Assembly: GCA_964342295.1 (NCBI GenBank)
Contig: CAYFFC010000001.1
Location: forward strand, 72,453-136,452
Source of the DNA: an uncultured Lutibacter sp.
Lineage (GTDB): Bacteria > Bacteroidota > Bacteroidia > Flavobacteriales > Flavobacteriaceae
DNA: 64,000 bases
Reading direction: 5' to 3'
Below the pieces are notes generated by a model that saw only the letters and a list, made by a program, of their open reading frames with translations, did no database searches and had not been told where the DNA came from. Each line of letters begins with the position of its first letter. Positions within the stretch are counted from its first letter, which is position 1. Position numbers and translations under genes: made by a program. Shown here piece after piece: positions 59,233 through 64,000 of the stretch.

Positions 59233-61614
59233 TTATGAACCACACATTAAACAATCATCCGGGTTTTCTTTTGATTGTAGTAAAAGATCTTTCAATTCTT
59301 TGGGGCTCAAAGGTTTTTCTTCATTTTTTTTCTTGTTGCTTAAGGTAAATTTAATAGCATTTACAGCACTTTTTGTGCGTAAATAATACATTCCGGTTTT
59401 TAATCCGCTTTTCCAAGCATAAAAATGCATTGATGTTAATTTAGAATAATTGGCGTCTTGCATAAATAAATTAAGCGATTGCGATTGATCTATAAAATAC
59501 CCTCTTTGACGCGACATATCAATAATATCTTTCATACTCATTTCCCAAACAGTTTTGTATAAATCTTTCAATTCTTGTGGAATTACATCAATGTGCTGAA
59601 TAGAACCATTTGCGCGCATGATTTCTTCTTTCATATCATTATTCCATAAATTGAGTTCAACCAAATCTTCTAACAAGTGTTTATTTACTACAATAAATTC
59701 ACCGCTTAAAACGCGGCGCGTATAAATATTTGAAGTGTACGGTTCAAAAGCCTCATTATTGCCTAAAATTTGTGAGGTTGAAGCGGTTGGCATTGGGGCT
59801 ACCAACAAAGAATTTCTAACCCCATGCTGCATAACTTGTTTGCGCAAGTTTTTCCAATTCCACCTTCCACTTAAATCATTTTCAGAGACTCCCCATAAAT
59901 TAAACTGAAATTCACCGTTAGAGATTGGAGATCCTTTAAAGCTAGAATATGGCTCTTTTGTCTTAGCCATTTCCATAGATGATGTTACTGCAGCAAAATA
60001 AATGGTTTCAAAAATTTCTTGATTTAGAGTTTTTGCCTCATCACAAGTAAAAGGTAGTCGAAGCATTATAAAAGCATCTGCCAAACCTTGAATACCCAAC
60101 CCAACCGGCCTGTGTCTGAAATTCGAATTTTCGGCCTCTTTAACCGGGTAATAGTTTTGATCGATTACAGTATCTAAATTTCGCGTAATTTTTTTGGTAA
60201 CCTCAAAGAGTCTTTGGTGGTTGAAAAATTTATTTCCTTTTTCATCTTCTTCAATAAACATTGGAATGGCAATAGATGCCAAATTGCAAACCGCAACCTC
60301 ATCCTTAGCCGTGTATTCCATAATTTCGGTACAAAGATTTGAAGAACGGATGGTTCCTAAATTTTTTTGATTTGATTTTCTGTTCGCGGCATCTTTATAC
60401 AGCATATAAGGAGTACCGGTCTCAATTTGTGCCTCTAAAATTTTTTCCCACAACATACGAGCCTTTATGGTTTTTCGACCCTTTCCTACCTTTTCATATC
60501 CTGTATACAGTTTTTCAAACTCGTCACCATAAGTATCAAATAAATGAGGACATTCATTTGGGCACATTAAGGTCCATTCTCCATCTTCTTCAACACGTTT
60601 CATGAACAAATCCGGAATCCACATAGCGTAAAATAAATCACGAGCCCGCATTTCTTCTTTACCGGTATTTTTACGTAAATCTAAAAAATCAAAAACATCA
60701 GCATGCCATGGCTCCATATAAATTGCAAAAGAGCCTTTGCGCTTACCACCACCCTGATCTACATAACGCGCTGTATCATTAAAAACTTTAAGCATTGGCA
60801 CTATGCCGTTTGAAGTTCCATTGGTACCACGAATGTAAGAGCCGGTTGCTCGAATATTGTGAATTGAAAGTCCAATACCTCCGGCAGACTGTGATATTTT
60901 AGCAGTTTGTTTTAACGTATCATAAATTCCATCAATACTATCATCTTGAATTTGTAATAAAAAACAGGAAGACATTTGAGGTTTTGGTGTACCTGCATTA
61001 AATAAGGTTGGAGTGGCATGTGTAAAAAACTTTTTTGACATTAACTCATACGTTTCAATGGCTTCATCAATATCATTTTGATGAATACCAATTGCAACCC
61101 GCATTAGCATATGTTGAGGCCTCTCTGCAATTTCACCATTAATTTTTAGCAGATAAGAACGTTCTAGGGTTTTAAACCCAAAATAGTCGTAACCAAAATC
61201 TCGGTTATAAATAATAGTAGAATCTAATTTTGAGGCATTTTCTGTAATTATTTTATACGTTTCATCAGAAAGTAATGGTGCTTTTTTTCCGGTTCTAGGG
61301 TTCACATAATTGTACAAATCAGTCATTACTTCCGAAAATATTTTTTTAGTATTTTTATGTAAGTTAGAAACGGCAATACGAGCTGCAAGTTTCGCATAAT
61401 CGGGATGTTGAACGGTCATAGTCGCAGCAATTTCGGCGGCTAAATTATCCAACTCAGAAGTTGATACTCCATCATACAAGCCTTCAATAACTCGCATAGC
61501 AACCTTTACCGGGTCAACCAAATTATTTAAACCATAACACATTTTTCTAACACGGGCTGTAATTTTATCAAATATTACGGGCTCTTTTCTTCCATCTCTT
61601 TTTAATACAAACAT
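59233..61614 (-). CDS. nrdA: Class Ia ribonucleotide reductase alpha subunit with ATP cone
   Basis: [56 protein letters not shown]-terminal CLMCGS. Confidence 0.97.
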   Translation of the reverse strand: MFVLKRDGRKEPVIFDKITARVRKMCYGLNNLVDPVKVAMRVIEGLYDGVSTSELDNLAAEIAATMTVQHPDYAKLAARIAVSNLHKNTKKIFSEVMTDLYNYVNPRTGKKAPLLSDETYKIITENASKLDSTIIYNRDFGYDYFGFKTLERSYLLKINGEIAERPQHMLMRVAIGIHQNDIDEAIETYELMSKKFFTHATPTLFNAGTPKPQMSSCFLLQIQDDSIDGIYDTLKQTAKISQSAGGIGLSIHNIRATGSYIRGTNGTSNGIVPMLKVFNDTARYVDQGGGKRKGSFAIYMEPWHADVFDFLDLRKNTGKEEMRARDLFYAMWIPDLFMKRVEEDGEWTLMCPNECPHLFDTYGDEFEKLYTGYEKVGKGRKTIKARMLWEKILEAQIETGTPYMLYKDAANRKSNQKNLGTIRSSNLCTEIMEYTAKDEVAVCNLASIAIPMFIEEDEKGNKFFNHQRLFEVTKKITRNLDTVIDQNYYPVKEAENSNFRHRPVGLGIQGLADAFIMLRLPFTCDEAKTLNQEIFETIYFAAVTSSMEMAKTKEPYSSFKGSPISNGEFQFNLWGVSENDLSGRWNWKNLRKQVMQHGVRNSLLVAPMPTASTSQILGNNEAFEPYTSNIYTRRVLSGEFIVVNKHLLEDLVELNLWNNDMKEEIMRANGSIQHIDVIPQELKDLYKTVWEMSMKDIIDMSRQRGYFIDQSQSLNLFMQDANYSKLTSMHFYAWKSGLKTGMYYLRTKSAVNAIKFTLSNKKKNEEKPLSPKELKDLLLQSKENPDDCLMCGS

Positions 61615-61717
61615 AGGCTACATTTTACGTTAAAAAATACTTTATACTACAATGCAATTGCTATTGAAAATTCAATTATCGATAGCGATTACTTAAGATT
61701 TGAGGTTTTTTAGACAC

Positions 61718-62689
61718 TTAGAAATCAGCATCAAAACTAATGCTTCCGGTTCCTCCGCTTTTCACTCCGGCTTTTTGGTATTCTGATACACGTTTTTCAA
61801 AAAAGTTTGTTTTTCCTTCTAAGGAAATCATATCCATAAAATCGAAAGGGTTGGATACATTATATACTTTTTCACAACCAAATTCACTTAACAGCCTATC
61901 GGTAACAAACTCTAAATACTGTGTCATTAATTTAGCGTTCATACCTATTAAACTTACAGGAAGTGATTCGGTTATAAATTTACGCTCAATATCCAGGGCG
62001 TTGGTTATTATTTCTGTAATGCGATTTTTAGGAACTTTATTTACTATATGGTTATTATGCAAATGCACAGCAAAATCACAATGCAGGCCTTCATCTCTTG
62101 AAATAAGCTCATTTGAAAAAGTTAAACCCGGCATAAGGCCTCTTTTTTTCAGCCAAAAAATAGAGCAGAAACTTCCCGAAAAAAAGATACCTTCAACAGC
62201 CGCAAATGCAATTAATCGTTCAGCAAAACTTGGACTTTCTATCCATTTCAGTGCCCATTGGGCTTTTTGCTGAATAGCCGGAAAAACTTCAATAGCCTTA
62301 AAAAGGGTGTTTTTCTCATCTTCATTTTTCACATAAGTATCAATTAATAACGAATAAACTTCAGAATGAATGTTCTCCATCATTATTTGAAAACCATAAA
62401 AAAACTTAGCTTCTGTATATTGTACTTCGCTCACAAAATTCTCTGCCAAATTTTCATTAACAATTCCGTCAGAAGCAGCAAAAAAAGCCAAAATATGTTT
62501 TATAAAATACCGTTCGTCATCATTTAATTTAGTTTCCCAGTCAATAACATCTTGGTGTAAATCAATTTCTTCGGCAGTCCAAATACTCGCTTCTTGTTTT
62601 TTATACCACTCCCAAATATCGTGATGCTGGATTGGAAAAATTACAAATCGGTCTTTATTATCTTGTAAAATAGGCTCTATAAAAGACAT
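61718..62689 (-). CDS. nrdB: Class Ia ribonucleotide reductase beta subunit
   Basis: [21 protein letters not shown] (radical Tyr), VEGIFF, RDEGLH. Confidence 0.96.
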   Translation of the reverse strand: MSFIEPILQDNKDRFVIFPIQHHDIWEWYKKQEASIWTAEEIDLHQDVIDWETKLNDDERYFIKHILAFFAASDGIVNENLAENFVSEVQYTEAKFFYGFQIMMENIHSEVYSLLIDTYVKNEDEKNTLFKAIEVFPAIQQKAQWALKWIESPSFAERLIAFAAVEGIFFSGSFCSIFWLKKRGLMPGLTFSNELISRDEGLHCDFAVHLHNNHIVNKVPKNRITEIITNALDIERKFITESLPVSLIGMNAKLMTQYLEFVTDRLLSEFGCEKVYNVSNPFDFMDMISLEGKTNFFEKRVSEYQKAGVKSGGTGSISFDADF

Positions 62690-62946
62690 GAAGGTGGTTT
62701 TTTATGATTTTGGATTTAGTTAGTTTGTAAAATAGTACGAAACAAATATTGGAAAAAAAGCAATACCAAAAAAGGGGTACTTATTCACATTTATAACTAA
62801 GTTTTTAACATTAAGTTTAAATTGAAAGTTATTTTTCAAAAATATATATAGCTGATTATTAACCATATACTAAATGACACTTTAGTTAAACCGTTGTGGT
62901 TACTGAGTTTCTTAATTTGAATTTTTAAGTGTTAATTTTTGGAAGG

Positions 62947-63513
62947 TTATTTAGAGTGTTTTTTAGCAACCATTTCCAATTCCCTATACCAATCTTCACC
63001 AAATTTTCTTATTAACGCTTCTTTTACAAACTTATAAACAGGTATTTGTAATTCTTTCCCCAAAGTACAGGCATCACTGCAAATAGGCCATTGATGGTAA
63101 TTTACTGCTGCAAATTCACTATACTGCATTATTCGAACAGGGTAAAGGTGACATGAAATAGGTTTTTTCCATGAAATATCACCGTTATTAAAAGCTTCTT
63201 CAATTGCACATTTTGCGGTAGTATTATCATCAAAAATAACAAATGCGCAGTCTTTTCCTTCAATTAACGGGGTTTCATATTCCCCTTCATTAGTAATAAA
63301 CAACCCCTGCTTTTCAATGGCTTTTATGCCTTCTTCACGTAAATATGGTTTAACTTTTGGATAAACATCCATAAGTTGCTTTAATTCATCCTCATCAAGT
63401 GGCGCTCCTGCCTCACCATCAATACAGCACCTCCCTTTGCAAGCACTTAAATTACATACAAATTCTTTTTCTAAAATATCTTCAGAAACGATGGTTTTAC
63501 CTAATTGAAACAT
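62947..63513 (-). CDS. DUF3109 family Cys-rich protein
   Basis: CNLSACKGRCCIDGEAGAP, KPISCHLYP, LIRKFG; TATTTTTG promoter 4 nt upstream of the ATG. Confidence 0.85.
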   Translation of the reverse strand: MFQLGKTIVSEDILEKEFVCNLSACKGRCCIDGEAGAPLDEDELKQLMDVYPKVKPYLREEGIKAIEKQGLFITNEGEYETPLIEGKDCAFVIFDDNTTAKCAIEEAFNNGDISWKKPISCHLYPVRIMQYSEFAAVNYHQWPICSDACTLGKELQIPVYKFVKEALIRKFGEDWYRELEMVAKKHSK

Positions 63514-63601
63514 GCTGCAAAAATAAACTATTTTTTTACACTACATTTGTTAATATTTTACCAGAATAAACTACATTTGCCAACTTTTAAATTATGGAAT
63601 T

Positions 63602-64000
63602 ATGGAATTCAATTTTAAAGAAATTTTTACAGCCACTATGGTACTGTTTGCAGTAATTGACATTATTGGAAATGTACCTATTATTATTGATTTACGTAAA
63701 AAAGTTGGCCATATTCAATCAGAAAAAGCATCAATTGTGGCAGGTGTAATTATGATTGCTTTTTTATTTTTAGGGAAAAGCATTCTTAATCTAATTGGGA
63801 TTGATGTACATTCTTTTGCAGTTGCCGGTGCTTTTATTTTGTTTTTTTTAGCTTTGGAAATGATATTAGGCATCTCTCTATACAAAGAAGATGAAACTAA
63901 TGCAATAACAGCCTCGGTATTTCCATTGGCATTTCCATTAATTGCCGGCCCGGGGAGTTTGACTTCTATTTTAGCTTTAAGGGCTGAGTTTTCGACAATA
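63602..64000 (+). CDS. marC: MarC family membrane protein (3' end outside the window; absent from the ORF track)
   Basis: MEFNFKEIFTATMVLFAVIDIIGNVP..., FAVAGAFILF, FPLAFPLIAGPGSLT; TACATTTG at 63572-63579. Confidence 0.88.
   Translation, partial: MEFNFKEIFTATMVLFAVIDIIGNVPIIIDLRKKVGHIQSEKASIVAGVIMIAFLFLGKSILNLIGIDVHSFAVAGAFILFFLALEMILGISLYKEDETNAITASVFPLAFPLIAGPGSLTSILALRAEFSTI

Noticed and set aside
791-62273. Numerous 60-180 aa ORF-track ORFs antisense to or overlapping real genes (e.g. 791-1195, 10030-10314, 17539-17817, 56158-56604, 61740-62273)
   Set aside because: They are shadow frames of well-supported genes with no recognisable motifs.
61718-62689. Unusual RNR subclass (Ic, Id or metal-free Ie)
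   Set aside because: All carboxylate/His ligands and the radical Tyr are present, and the alpha subunit has an ATP cone; it looks like an ordinary class Ia enzyme.
63591-63610. Tandem ATGGAATT repeat giving an alternative out-of-frame ATG before marC
   Set aside because: Only two 8-bp units; there is no evidence for phase variation or a uORF role beyond chance.
1-64000. tRNA, rRNA, CRISPR array, integrase or transposase
   Set aside because: I saw no cloverleaf/T-loop signatures, no regularly spaced 25-45-bp repeats and no recombinase or DDE motifs by eye; tRNAscan/Infernal could still find small RNAs I missed.

Overview
AT-rich Bacteroidota chromosome segment, most like a Flavobacteriaceae (Lutibacter-like) genome. 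The assignment rests on gldD/gldE, TAnnTTTG promoters and no Shine-Dalgarno signal. About 58 genes are present. I found no tRNA, rRNA, CRISPR array or transposase. In order: (i) 3' end of a molybdoenzyme (CISM) operon, with a fused Fe-S/NrfD subunit and a Tat-less catalytic subunit; (ii) housekeeping block hemG, ctaA, gldD, gldE, ssb, mutY, HU, a 30-aa ribosomal protein bS22 missed by the ORF track, RNase G, patatin, uvrC, a PLP decarboxylase, mce and rbfA; (iii) a diverged duplication of the permease/dusB locus whose second copy is a permease fragment plus a dusB with an internal stop, starting exactly at the axis of a 26-bp palindrome; (iv) two divergent SulP + beta-carbonic anhydrase units; (v) lepA; (vi) a ferredoxin / 2-oxoacid:ferredoxin oxidoreductase / 11-subunit complex I (no NuoEFG) unit with an intact lipoprotein alpha-carbonic anhydrase between nuoC and nuoD and an unknown ORF after nuoN; (vii) a phosphate-uptake cluster (porin, Na/Pi, PiT, pstSCAB, phoU) with phased TTAAC repeats in three promoters; (viii) nrdAB, DUF3109 and a partial marC. 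The strongest novelty candidate is the alpha-CA-containing headless complex I operon, lying next to a bicarbonate transporter/CA cluster. It may couple ferredoxin-driven proton pumping to CO2/HCO3- handling; this is inference. All identities and counts were made by eye and no database searches were run.
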